Shown piece after piece: positions 27,009-37,647 of a stretch of 64,000 nt of DNA. Both the position numbers and the translations under genes were made by a program. The stretch is taken from the NCBI GenBank assembly GCA_964459225.1, contig CAYWKB010000002.1, positions 2,016-66,015 of the forward strand, read 5' to 3'. Each line of letters begins with the position of its first letter. Positions within the stretch are counted from its first letter, which is position 1. The notes beneath the pieces were generated by a model, which saw nothing but the letters and a program-made list of their open reading frames with translations, ran no database searches and was not told the origin of the DNA. The stretch is from an uncultured Candidatus Saccharibacteria bacterium (GTDB lineage Bacteria > Patescibacteriota > Minisyncoccia > Phycocordibacterales > PALSA-1337).

Positions 27009-27362
27009 TTAATCTGTAATTGTTAAATTTTTCATCATTTGCTTTCTTAATGTATTTGAAGGAAGCATTCTGTATACTGCTCTTTCAAAAGCCTCCTTTG
27101 CGCCCTTTCTTTCGATAAGATGAGCTAGAGTTTCTGTATATAGTCCTCCTCTAAATCCTGTGAAAGTTACGTATTCCTTTCCATTTAATTTTTTGATATC
27201 AAAAGAAGCCTTACTTGTATTTATTATCTTTACTGGTACTCCGCAAACTTTATTCCTTACGTAGTTTACATTTCTCTTTCCACTCAAAAAGCTTGCTGCT
27301 TCACTTGCAACTCTTCCCATTTTCTTTCCTGATGCATCAATTGTAATCATTGTGTTTGTCAT
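27009..27362 (-). CDS. rplM: 50S ribosomal protein L13 (short form)
   Basis: IDASGKKMGRVAS, TGFRGGL, AVYRMLP; upstream of rpsI. Confidence 0.93.
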   Translation of the reverse strand: MTNTMITIDASGKKMGRVASEAASFLSGKRNVNYVRNKVCGVPVKIINTSKASFDIKKLNGKEYVTFTGFRGGLYTETLAHLIERKGAKEAFERAVYRMLPSNTLRKQMMKNLTITD

Positions 27363-27366
27363 AATA

Positions 27367-27717
27367 TTATACGAATTCAATCATAGCCATAGGTGCCGCG
27401 TCAAGCTTTCGACTTGCAAGCTTTATTATTCTTGTGTATCCGCCCTTTCTGTCTTTGTACTTTGGAGCAAGAGTTGTAAATAATACCTCAACCTCCTTTT
27501 CACCACCTATCTTTGAAATTATTAATCTTCTTGAAGCAAGTGTACCTGTCTTTGCCTTTGTAACTAGCTTTTCAACATAAGGACGAAGTTCCTTTGCTTT
27601 TGGTAAAGTTGTAGTAATTCTTGTTTCATTAATTAAGTTACGTGCTAGAGAACGCATCAAAGCATTTCTTTGATCTTTTTCTAATCCGAATTTTCTTTTG
27701 TTTGAATGGTGTCTCAT
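27367..27717 (-). CDS. rplQ: 50S ribosomal protein L17
   Basis: MRH.., ITTTLPKAKELR, RKGGYTRI. Confidence 0.98.
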   Translation of the reverse strand: MRHHSNKRKFGLEKDQRNALMRSLARNLINETRITTTLPKAKELRPYVEKLVTKAKTGTLASRRLIISKIGGEKEVEVLFTTLAPKYKDRKGGYTRIIKLASRKLDAAPMAMIEFV

Positions 27718-27734
27718 AAAATTTACTTAATTAA

Positions 27735-28703
27735 TTACTTTAATGTTATACCGTATTGTGATAACACTTTTTTGATTTCTTGAACTCCCTTACTTCCTAG
27801 ACCTTCGATATCTAGAATATCAACTTCCTTTTTTCTTGCAAGTCCACCTACTGTTCTTATATTTGCTCCTGTAAGTGCCTTTGTTGTGCGAGGTGATAGA
27901 CCTATTGCATCTATTCTTGTCTTTAGGAATTCAACATCCATTTCTTGTTTTGAATCAGCATCTGCTGAATCAATCATTTCTTCCTTTTTTGGTTCTTCAA
28001 TTATTTCCTCTTCCTTAAAACCTACAATTGCTTTCAATTGTGTAATCATCAAAGTAATTGAATTTTCAAGAGCTTGCTTTGGTGTTAGTGTACCATCTGT
28101 TTCGATTGAGATTCTTAAACGATTGAAATCTGTTCTGTCTCCAACACGCATATTTTCGACTTCATAATTTGCCTTTTTGATTGGAGTAAATGTTGCATCA
28201 ACTGATATTGTACCAATATCAACTCTATCCTTTGTTAGGATTTCCTTTGAAACATATCCTAATCCCTTTTCAACTGTAATTTCCATATCTAGATCAGATG
28301 ACTTATCAGTTAGATTTGCTATTACTAATTCTGGATTAAGTATTTCTACTTGTCCTGGAACTTCTATGTCTTTTGCAGTTACAACCTTAACACCCTTAAC
28401 TTTTAGTTTTAATGTTTGGCTTTCATCTGTAATTAGATTGATTCTTAATTTCTTTAAATTAAGTAGAAGCGCTATAACATCCTCCTTTACTCCCTCTATT
28501 GTTGAAAATTCATGTTCTGCTCCCTTTATCTTTACTCTTGTTACAGCTGAACCTGGTATAGATGAAAGAATGATTCTTCTTAGGGAATTTCCAAGTGTAT
28601 GACCATATCCTGGATATAGACCGTCAATTTCGTATATACCACTAAAACCATCCTCACGGATTATTTTTGGCTTTGATGGAACTATTATTGAATGATTTGA
28701 CAT
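27735..28703 (-). CDS. rpoA: RNA polymerase alpha subunit
   Basis: GYGHTLGNSLRRILLS-like motif, HEFSTIEGVKED, C-terminal alpha-CTD. Confidence 0.98.
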   Translation of the reverse strand: MSNHSIIVPSKPKIIREDGFSGIYEIDGLYPGYGHTLGNSLRRIILSSIPGSAVTRVKIKGAEHEFSTIEGVKEDVIALLLNLKKLRINLITDESQTLKLKVKGVKVVTAKDIEVPGQVEILNPELVIANLTDKSSDLDMEITVEKGLGYVSKEILTKDRVDIGTISVDATFTPIKKANYEVENMRVGDRTDFNRLRISIETDGTLTPKQALENSITLMITQLKAIVGFKEEEIIEEPKKEEMIDSADADSKQEMDVEFLKTRIDAIGLSPRTTKALTGANIRTVGGLARKKEVDILDIEGLGSKGVQEIKKVLSQYGITLK

Positions 28704-28735
28704 ATTTTTTTTTAATTAAAAATTATTTACTAATT

Positions 28736-29338
28736 TTAACGACTATAAAATTCCAAAACTGAACCGACATTAAACATAAGCTCAGTCCTTGCTGCCATCG
28801 GTATACCATCTACTGTAACTTCCTTTTTGTCAAAATTGAGCTTCAACCATGATGGTATTTTGACTGTCTTTAATCTTTCATCCAATGTATTAAAAATTGC
28901 CTTTTTCTTACTTCCCTCACGAATACCTATTACATCACCTACTTTAACTTGATATGATGGTATTGTGACTATTTTACCGTTTATTGTTAAATGTCCATGA
29001 GAAGTCATTTGGCGAGCTGCTTGTCGTGTTACTGCAAATCCTGCGCGTAGTGCTACATTGTCAAATCTACTTTCAAGTAATGATACTAGATGATCTCCTG
29101 AATTACCCTTCATTTCAGTTGCCTTTTTAATATAGTTTGTGAATTGCTTGCTTGTTATACCATAACTGTATCTAGCCTTTTGCTTTTCCATCATACCAAG
29201 ACCATAATCACTCTTTGCCTTTGGTCTTCCTGTTTGACCTCTTTGTTCTGAGCGCACAGCAAATTTTTGTGTCTGTGTCTTTTCAAAAACAGATACTCCG
29301 AGTCTTCTTGCTATTTTGTATTTTGGTCCAATTTTCAT
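28736..29338 (-). CDS. rpsD: 30S ribosomal protein S4
   Basis: GPKYKIARR, LESRFDN, ARQMTSHGH, VLEFYSR. Confidence 0.98.
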   Translation of the reverse strand: MKIGPKYKIARRLGVSVFEKTQTQKFAVRSEQRGQTGRPKAKSDYGLGMMEKQKARYSYGITSKQFTNYIKKATEMKGNSGDHLVSLLESRFDNVALRAGFAVTRQAARQMTSHGHLTINGKIVTIPSYQVKVGDVIGIREGSKKKAIFNTLDERLKTVKIPSWLKLNFDKKEVTVDGIPMAARTELMFNVGSVLEFYSR

Positions 29339-29355
29339 ATATATTAAATAAATTA

Positions 29356-29787
29356 TTATACTCTTCTTGGCTTTTTGGGCTGTGGTCCATTGTGTGGTAC
29401 TGGAGTTTCATCTACTATAGATGAAATATTTACTCCTCTTGAAATAAAGCCACGAATTGCTGATTCGCGACCTGATCCAACACCATTAACAACTACCTTG
29501 ATATCCTTTAGTCCTAGTGTTTCTGCCTTTAATGATAATGTCTCACCAACCTTTGCAGCTGCAAATGGAGTACCCTTTTTTGCACCCTTAAATCCAAGTG
29601 ATCCACATGATGACCACATAACGGCATTACCCTTTGTATCTGTTAGCAAAACCTTTGTATTGTTATATGTTGATTGAACATATAAAACACCTGAGTCCAA
29701 TCTCTTTTTTGATGAAGCGGAAACAACCTTTGGAGCTTTCTCCTTTGTTTCTGTATTTGCTGTAGTTGTACTTTGCTTTTTTGCCAT
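29356..29787 (-). CDS. rpsK: 30S ribosomal protein S11
   Basis: STYNNT, KGTPFAA, TPVPHNG. Confidence 0.98.
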   Translation of the reverse strand: MAKKQSTTTANTETKEKAPKVVSASSKKRLDSGVLYVQSTYNNTKVLLTDTKGNAVMWSSCGSLGFKGAKKGTPFAAAKVGETLSLKAETLGLKDIKVVVNGVGSGRESAIRGFISRGVNISSIVDETPVPHNGPQPKKPRRV

Positions 29788-29808
29788 AATGTATTTATTG
29801 AATATTGA

Positions 29809-30189
29809 TTATTTCTTTTCTTCTTTCTTTCTTCCTGAACCCATAGTCTTTCTTATATTTCCTCTTACTGTTCTAGAATTTGTCTTTGTTCTTTGTCCTC
29901 TTACTGGCAAATGTCTAGCGTGACGCATACCTCTGTATGTCTTTATATCTTTATGTCTTTTTATATTTGCTGCTACCTCTCTCTTTAGATCTCCCTCAAT
30001 TCGGTATGATTCGATTATTTTTCTTATTTCATTTTCTTGTTCAACTGTTAAATCCTTTGCCTTTATATTGTGATCAACTTTTGCTTTGCTCAAAATATTT
30101 AAAGCCCTTGATCTACCAACACCATATAACACTGTAAGTGCTATATCTAATCTTTTTGTATCTGGAATTGTTATACCGAGTATTCTCAT
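29809..30189 (-). CDS. rpsM: 30S ribosomal protein S13
   Basis: LYGVGRS, YRGMRH..LPVRGQRTKTN. Confidence 0.98.
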   Translation of the reverse strand: MRILGITIPDTKRLDIALTVLYGVGRSRALNILSKAKVDHNIKAKDLTVEQENEIRKIIESYRIEGDLKREVAANIKRHKDIKTYRGMRHARHLPVRGQRTKTNSRTVRGNIRKTMGSGRKKEEKK

Positions 30190-30200
30190 ATTTGTATTAA

Positions 30201-30317
30201 TTAGCCTTGTCTTTGCTTATGTCTAGGATTAGCTGCACATATAACGTAAACATAGCCCTTTCTGCGGACTGTTTTACATTTTGGACAAATTTTCTTTACT
30301 GATGCCTTAACCTTCAT
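30201..30317 (-). CDS. rpmJ: 50S ribosomal protein L36 (not in the ORF track)
   Basis: Manual translation: [38 protein letters not shown]. Confidence 0.97.
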   Translation of the reverse strand: MKVKASVKKICPKCKTVRRKGYVYVICAANPRHKQRQG

Positions 30318-30343
30318 TTTATTAAAAATTAATTTAGCTAATC

Positions 30344-30604
30344 TTAAAATCTTTTAGTAATTCTAGCCCTACCTCCATATGGATCTAACTCTAGCTCTAC
30401 TTTATCGCCGATAAGTACACGTATTCGGTGCATTCTCATCTTTCCCGCTAAATATGCTAATACTATGTCATCCTTTCCATCAAGCTTAACTCTAAACAGA
30501 GTATCTGGCAATGCTTCAGTTACTATACCACTTGCTGTGGTAGTAGCTTTTTGCTTTTGTCCATTATCCTTGTTATTTGAGCTATTGATATTATTGGAAT
30601 CCAT
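30344..30604 (-). CDS. infA: Translation initiation factor IF-1
   Basis: [26 protein letters not shown]. Confidence 0.97.
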   Translation of the reverse strand: MDSNNINSSNNKDNGQKQKATTTASGIVTEALPDTLFRVKLDGKDDIVLAYLAGKMRMHRIRVLIGDKVELELDPYGGRARITKRF

Positions 30605-30684
30605 TAAATTTCGCGTTTATCCATACTAACAGAACTACTATATAAAAGTCAATAGCCTATATAATAGGCATGAACTTTTGTGTA

Positions 30685-32019
30685 TTACTTATACTCTATT
30701 TTAATCTTTTCTATTGAATCTGGGAAGGACCTTAGCCAGAATGGAGTTATTAATGAATACGCACTTCCTATTGCTCCATACTTATTAAATACCGTATTGC
30801 TATTTTCTAATTTAATACCCTTTAATTCAGCTTTTAATTTATTTTCATCTATTGAACCGACTATTGATATATCGCCTTTTAATGTAAATATCATTGGTGT
30901 ACCCTTTTCGGCTGAAAAGTCTTTTGAATTAGATAATTTAAATTGTAAATCTTTGTCACCCTTAATTGTAAATGTATCTGATGGGAATTTCCTTGCTTCA
31001 GTTCCTGCCAAACTCTTGATAAGTAAATCTGTTTTGAATATCGCTACGTATATTGTTCCTTTTACTGTCATTTCGGCTTTTGTTGAATCCTTCATCACTG
31101 GTTCTAGAGACTCTAATCTTATAGTGTATGAATTGTCATAATATGTATAATCTTTTGGAACAATTGACTTTATCTTTTCGAGTAAATCGGCTTTAATATT
31201 ATCTTCTAATAACTTTATTGCGGAATTTTTGGATTCTTGTGAGATAGTGATTTTGCTTCCAGAATATCCTCCTGTTAAATCAGACTTTAATCTAGCGTAA
31301 AACTTATCGTACTTTGCTGTACCCATATAACCCGGTAATTTGAAGTCGTATTTATTATCAACATATTTTAAATTGTATTCCAAACCAACCTTGTCTGCTA
31401 TAACAGTAACATCTATGCTTCCTGGATTTGTCTTTGCAGCCGGAACAGTAACTGTCTTTGAAGTTCTATATATTAAACCGCCTGAACTTGATATTCTTGT
31501 ACCCGCAACCAATACCTGAGCGGTATTACTCTTATTGTAAATTGTTACTATACCTTTTGCCTTTGTTTGTATAACAGCGCCTTTTGTTGCCGGTATTGTT
31601 GTAGTAGCTTCAACTGATGATGTAACTACTTCGTATTTTAAATCAGAATTAGCGTCTTTTTTGGCTGTATAAGTACCATTAATATTTAAATTAACTACCT
31701 TAGGTGTAATGGTCACAACTGCTTTTGAATAAGAAAGTGAAAATGCGATAGCAATAACTATAATTGAAAGGAGTATTATAATAAAAGACATCAAATGCTT
31801 TGGTGAAAACTTTTTCTTTTTCTTTGGTATTTCTTTTTTTATAAATACAACATCGGAACTATCGTCATCTTCCAAATCAGTTTTTGTACTAGTCCTTTTA
31901 GTCCTTCGAACAGGTCTTTCATCCTCAATTTCCATATCTTCATCATGTTCAATATCAACATTCTTTATCGAACGTCTCTTATTTGGAATTACTATGTCTT
32001 GAACAATTTTTTTAGCCAT
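30685..32019 (-). CDS. Single-TM protein with a baseplate-J-like extracellular beta domain
   Basis: Charged N-tail, one TM, AKGIVTIYN..LVAGTR..GLIYRT..V.ADKVG.EYN pattern. Confidence 0.55.
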   Translation of the reverse strand: MAKKIVQDIVIPNKRRSIKNVDIEHDEDMEIEDERPVRRTKRTSTKTDLEDDDSSDVVFIKKEIPKKKKKFSPKHLMSFIIILLSIIVIAIAFSLSYSKAVVTITPKVVNLNINGTYTAKKDANSDLKYEVVTSSVEATTTIPATKGAVIQTKAKGIVTIYNKSNTAQVLVAGTRISSSGGLIYRTSKTVTVPAAKTNPGSIDVTVIADKVGLEYNLKYVDNKYDFKLPGYMGTAKYDKFYARLKSDLTGGYSGSKITISQESKNSAIKLLEDNIKADLLEKIKSIVPKDYTYYDNSYTIRLESLEPVMKDSTKAEMTVKGTIYVAIFKTDLLIKSLAGTEARKFPSDTFTIKGDKDLQFKLSNSKDFSAEKGTPMIFTLKGDISIVGSIDENKLKAELKGIKLENSNTVFNKYGAIGSAYSLITPFWLRSFPDSIEKIKIEYK

Positions 32020-32035
32020 TTTGATATTTCAATAA

Positions 32036-33133
32036 TTATAACATGTCACTTAAAACATGTGTATACATATTTAACAAGTCTTCATTATCTTTATCCACAA
32101 AATCTTTAAATGATAGGATTTCAAATGGAATTTCATTTTGAGATATTAATGAATTTTTAAAGAAATCGAAATGGCTATGAGTAGAAAGGTATAGAGTTTT
32201 GGGTAATTGTAAAATATTAAATGCTTTAGAAAATAAATCCGTACATACCTTACTAAATTCAGCTGAAAAACCATCAATGAGAGATTTTATTTTTTTCTTT
32301 TCGCTCTCACTTAATTTATCTGCATAATACAATGTTAATACAGAATCAGATGCTTCAATACTATGATTTGTTACTTCTCCGATCTTCCTTAATAAGGTTT
32401 TAATACCGAAAGGAAATGAAGATATATACTTGCATTGTCTGTTTTTAACGATAATTATATCGGTTAATTCACCATGTACATGCATATAGATGTATTCGCT
32501 GTTATTTGCAATTTTATTTGGAATTGCCAAATACTGAGTCAATAATGCAGAGTGGAATGAATGATTTTTAATATGAATTATCTTATTTACATTATGTTTT
32601 AATTCGTCAATAAAAGCCTTTTCACTAAGAGACACAGAATACGAAATCTCTATTTTATTTGCTTGTCTATTATTATATAAATTAACAGAATATCCATTTA
32701 ACTTTATATCGTAAATCTTTTTTTCAAATACATATGCATCGAATTTACTAGGTTCCTTATCTATATCCTTACTCACAATTTGATTTACAATATCATCTGA
32801 AATACTAATATCCTTTTCGAAATCCACTTTTAATGTTTTTAATTCAGAAAAAACCCAAGGAGTTGATAGGATATAGTGAATATGTTTTATACCATTATGT
32901 CCTGCGTATTTTATTATATGATGGACAACATCATGGACATTTTTAAGAATTTTTTTCTTAATTCTTTGACTGTTTTTAGGAATTAGATTTTCGGAAATAG
33001 ACTTTGAATAAGTTAAAATGATTTTGTCATTTACACCATCTATGTACTCAATCAAAGCACCCCTAACCAAATCACTTTGAATATCGAGTATTATACTTTT
33101 ACTAGAATTTTTATTGGAAAAAAACTCAAACAT
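32036..33133 (-). CDS. Divergent FtsA/PilM-like actin-fold protein
   Basis: N-terminal IILDIQSDLVR and later MHVHGELTDIIIV..SFPFG, resembling actin-fold phosphate loops. Confidence 0.5.
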   Translation of the reverse strand: MFEFFSNKNSSKSIILDIQSDLVRGALIEYIDGVNDKIILTYSKSISENLIPKNSQRIKKKILKNVHDVVHHIIKYAGHNGIKHIHYILSTPWVFSELKTLKVDFEKDISISDDIVNQIVSKDIDKEPSKFDAYVFEKKIYDIKLNGYSVNLYNNRQANKIEISYSVSLSEKAFIDELKHNVNKIIHIKNHSFHSALLTQYLAIPNKIANNSEYIYMHVHGELTDIIIVKNRQCKYISSFPFGIKTLLRKIGEVTNHSIEASDSVLTLYYADKLSESEKKKIKSLIDGFSAEFSKVCTDLFSKAFNILQLPKTLYLSTHSHFDFFKNSLISQNEIPFEILSFKDFVDKDNEDLLNMYTHVLSDML

Positions 33134-33180
33134 AAAATAATTATAGCACGATATCTAAATGTCAAAAATAATTGCTATTA

Positions 33181-34956
33181 TTATTGTAGTATTGCCTTTA
33201 TTCTCCTTACTCCTTGTGAACTTGCTTCTTCTTTTTGAATTTTAAATATTCCTAATTCACTTGTGTTTTTGACATGAGGACCACCACAAAATTCCTTTGA
33301 ATATGCAGAATGCAAATCTTTACCCACATAGTAAATTGAAACTTCATCACCATATTTTTCACCAAAAAAGTGTCTTGCGCCTGTCTTTTCTGCGTCCTCC
33401 TTTTTCATTACTATCATATTTACGGGCAATGCTTCTTTAATTTTTGAATTTACAATATCCTCCACTTTCTTTTTTTCTTCATCTGTCATTTTTGCATTAT
33501 GAGAAAAATCGAAACGTAATCTTTCAGGAGTTATATTTGAACCCTTTTGAGATACATGATCACCTAATACATCATGCAAGGCCTGATGCAGAAGGTGTGT
33601 AGCTGTATGATATCTAACTGACATTTCACTAGTATCACCGAGACCTCCTTTGAATTTCTTTTCAGAACCAGAACGAGAAAGTTCTTGATGCTTTTTCATT
33701 AATACATCAACGTCACCCCAAGAAACAGTTTTATTATTTTTCTTTAAATAGTCATCTATAATATCTTTAGATAAACCATGTGAAGTGATTAATTCAAAAA
33801 CTTTTTCTGGACTAATCTCAGATTGTTCCAATTCCTTTAAACCATTATCTATTGTCTTACCAAACTTCTCTGACTCAATAACAATTTCATCTATTATTTT
33901 ATTTGAATTATCTTTTATATTTGTATATGTATTTCCGTATTTACTTACTATTTCATTTACAAATCTTGTTATTATTTCCCTTGATAGACTTCTATCCTTT
34001 GTATTAAATATTGCTCTTCTAATTAGTCTTCTTAATACATATCCTTGATCTGTATTACTTGGAGTCACTCCATCACTTATTAGGAAAACCGCAGATCTCA
34101 TATGATCTGAAATAATTCTTTGTGATTTTATATTATTTGAAATTTCGTGAGCAATATTCATAATCCCAGCAAAAAGATCAGTTTCAAATACATTTTTCTT
34201 GCCTTGTAGTATTGCTGTAACCCTCTCAAGTCCTGCTCCTGTGTCTACATTTTTCTTTTGAAGTTTTGAAATTATTTTTCCATCCTTTTTTTCAAATTCC
34301 ATAAATACATCATTCCAAATCTCAACAACTTTTTGTTCATCATCTGCTTTATTGTATTCTTCAAGTGTCATGTCTCCGAGACCGTTTTCGGTTAAATCAT
34401 AAAACATTTCACTACAAGGGCCTGTAGGGCCAGTCCATGTATCATTACCCTTTACTGCTGGCCACCAGTTTGCACTTGCGTCTTTAAAATATATTCTATT
34501 TTCCTTTACACCCGCATCCATCCATATCTTTTTTGCTTCCATATCTGCCTCGGCATTTTGATCTCCTTTAAATACAGTTACATATAGTCTATTTACATCC
34601 AGACCAAATCCGAATTCTTTTGATGTTAGCAATTCATAACTCCACTTTATTGCATCTTTCTTGAAATAACTTCCAAGTGACCAATTTCCCATCATTTCAA
34701 AAAATGTTAGATGAGTATTGTCACCAATATCCTCAATATCAGTTGTTCTTACACATTTTTGAATATTTGCGAGCTTATCTCCTTGTGGATGTGGCTTGCC
34801 CATAAGATAAGGCACGAGTGGTTGCATACCAGCAGTATTAAAAAGTACTGTCGGATCATTTTCTGGAACAAGTGGTGATGAAGGTAAAATAGCATGACCT
34901 CTTTTTGCAAAAAAGTCTAGGAATCTCCTGCGTATTTCATTACTGTCCATATTCAT
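33181..34956 (-). CDS. alaS: Alanyl-tRNA synthetase (short form, no C-Ala domain)
   Basis: LFNTAGMQP, HLTFFEMMGN, DTGAGLER, editing HTATH and CGGPH; ends right after GVRRI. Confidence 0.97.
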   Translation of the reverse strand: MNMDSNEIRRRFLDFFAKRGHAILPSSPLVPENDPTVLFNTAGMQPLVPYLMGKPHPQGDKLANIQKCVRTTDIEDIGDNTHLTFFEMMGNWSLGSYFKKDAIKWSYELLTSKEFGFGLDVNRLYVTVFKGDQNAEADMEAKKIWMDAGVKENRIYFKDASANWWPAVKGNDTWTGPTGPCSEMFYDLTENGLGDMTLEEYNKADDEQKVVEIWNDVFMEFEKKDGKIISKLQKKNVDTGAGLERVTAILQGKKNVFETDLFAGIMNIAHEISNNIKSQRIISDHMRSAVFLISDGVTPSNTDQGYVLRRLIRRAIFNTKDRSLSREIITRFVNEIVSKYGNTYTNIKDNSNKIIDEIVIESEKFGKTIDNGLKELEQSEISPEKVFELITSHGLSKDIIDDYLKKNNKTVSWGDVDVLMKKHQELSRSGSEKKFKGGLGDTSEMSVRYHTATHLLHQALHDVLGDHVSQKGSNITPERLRFDFSHNAKMTDEEKKKVEDIVNSKIKEALPVNMIVMKKEDAEKTGARHFFGEKYGDEVSIYYVGKDLHSAYSKEFCGGPHVKNTSELGIFKIQKEEASSQGVRRIKAILQ

Positions 34957-34983
34957 AAATATGAGTTTATCACAAAACTAGTA

Positions 34984-36759
34984 CTATTTCATCAACTTTT
35001 CTAATGTATCTATATCTCTTTTTATTTCATCCAATCCATCCTTAAACACCTTTCCATTATCAATCTCTATTCCAATATCTCTTAAAATATTTTCTGGAGT
35101 ATCTATACTTCCCGCACTTAGGAATTTTTCTATTTTATCTTTGAATTTTGCATCCTCTCTGTATTTCTTTAACATGGCTTTGCTAACTAAAAGTCCATAA
35201 GCATATGAATATACATAAAAATATCTTCTAATATGACTCCATTGAACATAGAAATATCCATCATCAATATCGATTTTAAATACTGGACCCAAATATGCCT
35301 TCATATTTTTATTATGAAGTTCTGCTATTTCTTCTTTTGATAGATATCCTGTCTCCCTTATTTTATTATGTAAATCATTTTCAAAATTAAAACATGCGAT
35401 TTGTCTAAATACAGTTGAAATTTCATCATTAATTTTATTATGCAATGCTATTATCCTCTGCTTATCAGTTAATGTTCCCAAAATCTTTTCGAAAGCTAAT
35501 GCTTCAAAAAATGTACTTGCAGTTTCAGCCAAAGACATTGAGTATGATGAATATATTGGCATTTGCTTTCTTGATAATTCAGAATGAAATGCATGCCCCA
35601 TTTCATGAGCTAAAGTTGAATATGACCTAAATTCATTTGAATGATTCAAAAGCACAAAAGTAGGTAATGAATATGAACTAGAACAATATGCGCCTCCAAC
35701 TTTACCTTTTCTTGGATATACATCTATTTGACCATTTTCTAAATATTTATTAAATATTTCTAAATATTTTGAATCAAATTCATTTAATACTTCACTAAAT
35801 ATCTTTTTAGAATAATCAAAAGTATAGTCTCCCTTTATTTTTCCGTATACTGCATTTCTATCACAATAATTTAAAGTTTTTAATCCTAATAATTTTGCTT
35901 TTAATTTAAAGAATTTATTTGAAATTCCAAAATTATCTGTAACTACTTTTACTAAATTTAAAACAGTTTTACTATCATTCTCATAATTTAAAATTGTGGC
36001 ATCATAAGGTTTTGTAAAACCGCGTAGATTATCCTCTATTTTTTTATCTGTATATACTGCATTTAATTCTGCTTCAGTGAAAAATGAGATTTTCTTTAAT
36101 TCAATGGAAATCAACTTTGACAATTCCCTTCTTTGCTTATTATTTAATGCTTGTATTATATTATTTGCTTCTGCTAGTGGAAGATTTTTACCTTTCCACT
36201 TGATAGTAATACTTGATAGAGCTTTTAAATGAGAATCAACCCACATATTATTTGCTGGAGCTGATTTTAAATTAATTATCTTTTCCTCTTTATCGGTTAA
36301 ATTATGTTTTGCACTATTAAATATTTGAGATAGGAAATAATGATATTTTGAAAAATCAGAATTGCCCATAACTGAATCTTGTCTTTGCTTACTCATTTGC
36401 CCTAAAACAATTTTATAAAAAACAGTTTTATTATCAGCTTTCACTATTTTATCCATAACCAAATTAAGAATTGCTCTCGTCTTATTATCATTTACATTTA
36501 AATCAAGCATATACCATAAATAAACTACTGGTTTTGCTGGAGTTTTAACTAAGAAAGATTCATAATCAATAAGTGACTGCAATAATGTACTATCATTTTC
36601 AACAAATGAATTGTTTGAATTATTATATTTCCTTCCAAACTCTGTACAGGTTTCCTCATAATCAATAATATCCTTTTCGAACTTTTCATCATTTATTGAT
36701 GAGTACAACAAAGACAAATTCCATTCATTTTTCTTTTTGGTATTTTTCTGTATAGCCAT
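34984..36759 (-). CDS. Oligoendopeptidase F (M3B family)
   Basis: WNLSLLY, GGAYC, TLAHEMGHAFH, AETAS, FYVYSYAYG. Confidence 0.92.
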   Translation of the reverse strand: MAIQKNTKKKNEWNLSLLYSSINDEKFEKDIIDYEETCTEFGRKYNNSNNSFVENDSTLLQSLIDYESFLVKTPAKPVVYLWYMLDLNVNDNKTRAILNLVMDKIVKADNKTVFYKIVLGQMSKQRQDSVMGNSDFSKYHYFLSQIFNSAKHNLTDKEEKIINLKSAPANNMWVDSHLKALSSITIKWKGKNLPLAEANNIIQALNNKQRRELSKLISIELKKISFFTEAELNAVYTDKKIEDNLRGFTKPYDATILNYENDSKTVLNLVKVVTDNFGISNKFFKLKAKLLGLKTLNYCDRNAVYGKIKGDYTFDYSKKIFSEVLNEFDSKYLEIFNKYLENGQIDVYPRKGKVGGAYCSSSYSLPTFVLLNHSNEFRSYSTLAHEMGHAFHSELSRKQMPIYSSYSMSLAETASTFFEALAFEKILGTLTDKQRIIALHNKINDEISTVFRQIACFNFENDLHNKIRETGYLSKEEIAELHNKNMKAYLGPVFKIDIDDGYFYVQWSHIRRYFYVYSYAYGLLVSKAMLKKYREDAKFKDKIEKFLSAGSIDTPENILRDIGIEIDNGKVFKDGLDEIKRDIDTLEKLMK

Positions 36760-36764
36760 AGTGT

Positions 36765-37622
36765 TTAATTAGTTTTTACTGTATTGCTTGTAACTATCAT
36801 TTCTGCTTCCTTTATTATTTCATCATATTCTATACCATTTATTCCAACTTCATTCAAGATAGCCTTATTGTCTAAAATATCTCTACACAAAATCACTCCC
36901 CTACCTAATAAATCCTTTTTATTTTGATCTGTTAATGTTGAAAGACAAGTAAATGGATGTAATCTTAATTGTTCAATGACATCATGCAAATTACCTCTTG
37001 ATGGATAATTCCATCCTAGCATTTTTAAATCATTACATTCACCGTATTTGATTGCTTGATCTGTGAATTTTGTATTTGTAATAAGCCATCCTTCATCTAA
37101 CTTTCTTTTTTTGCCTCCGTATTCAAAAAGACTTTTACTCAAATCCTCAAAGCGAGCCTTGATATATAGTGCGACTTTTAAATCAGACTTCATTGCAAGC
37201 TCATTATGGAACTTTGCTTCTATCATAAGTAGCTTTTGATCATTCCAAGCAACAACATCAACTTCATGTGATACGCACACACCTAAAACGGTTTGATCAG
37301 TAAGTGTCTCATAACCCCATGCATTAAATATTTTAGCTATGTATTTTTCGAATGGGAAACCTCCAGGACCGAGTTCTGAAAGTGCCCTTCTAAGTGAATA
37401 CTTTATAGCACTAGACATTGAGTGCGCCCTCAAGAGCTTAAATGCCCTTGAATATATTTCCCCTGTTTTCATTCCATCATGTAGCTCTTTGCCGATATGT
37501 AAAACTATTTCATCAATAACTTCATCAGTACCTCCTGCATTTTTGAGTGATTCTATTAATTTGCTTTCTTCAAATAATTCCTTTGTACCATCGGCTTTAA
37601 TAACTGTAATTAAATGATTCAT
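36765..37622 (-). CDS. ATP-cone plus Mrr-like PD-(D/E)XK nuclease domain protein
   Basis: VIKADGTKELFEESKL (ATP cone); FEKYIA..GY..HEVDVVA..IEAK..ITNTKFT..A. Confidence 0.85.
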   Translation of the reverse strand: MNHLITVIKADGTKELFEESKLIESLKNAGGTDEVIDEIVLHIGKELHDGMKTGEIYSRAFKLLRAHSMSSAIKYSLRRALSELGPGGFPFEKYIAKIFNAWGYETLTDQTVLGVCVSHEVDVVAWNDQKLLMIEAKFHNELAMKSDLKVALYIKARFEDLSKSLFEYGGKKRKLDEGWLITNTKFTDQAIKYGECNDLKMLGWNYPSRGNLHDVIEQLRLHPFTCLSTLTDQNKKDLLGRGVILCRDILDNKAILNEVGINGIEYDEIIKEAEMIVTSNTVKTN

Positions 37623-37647
37623 GAAAAGATTATATCATAAGATATTA

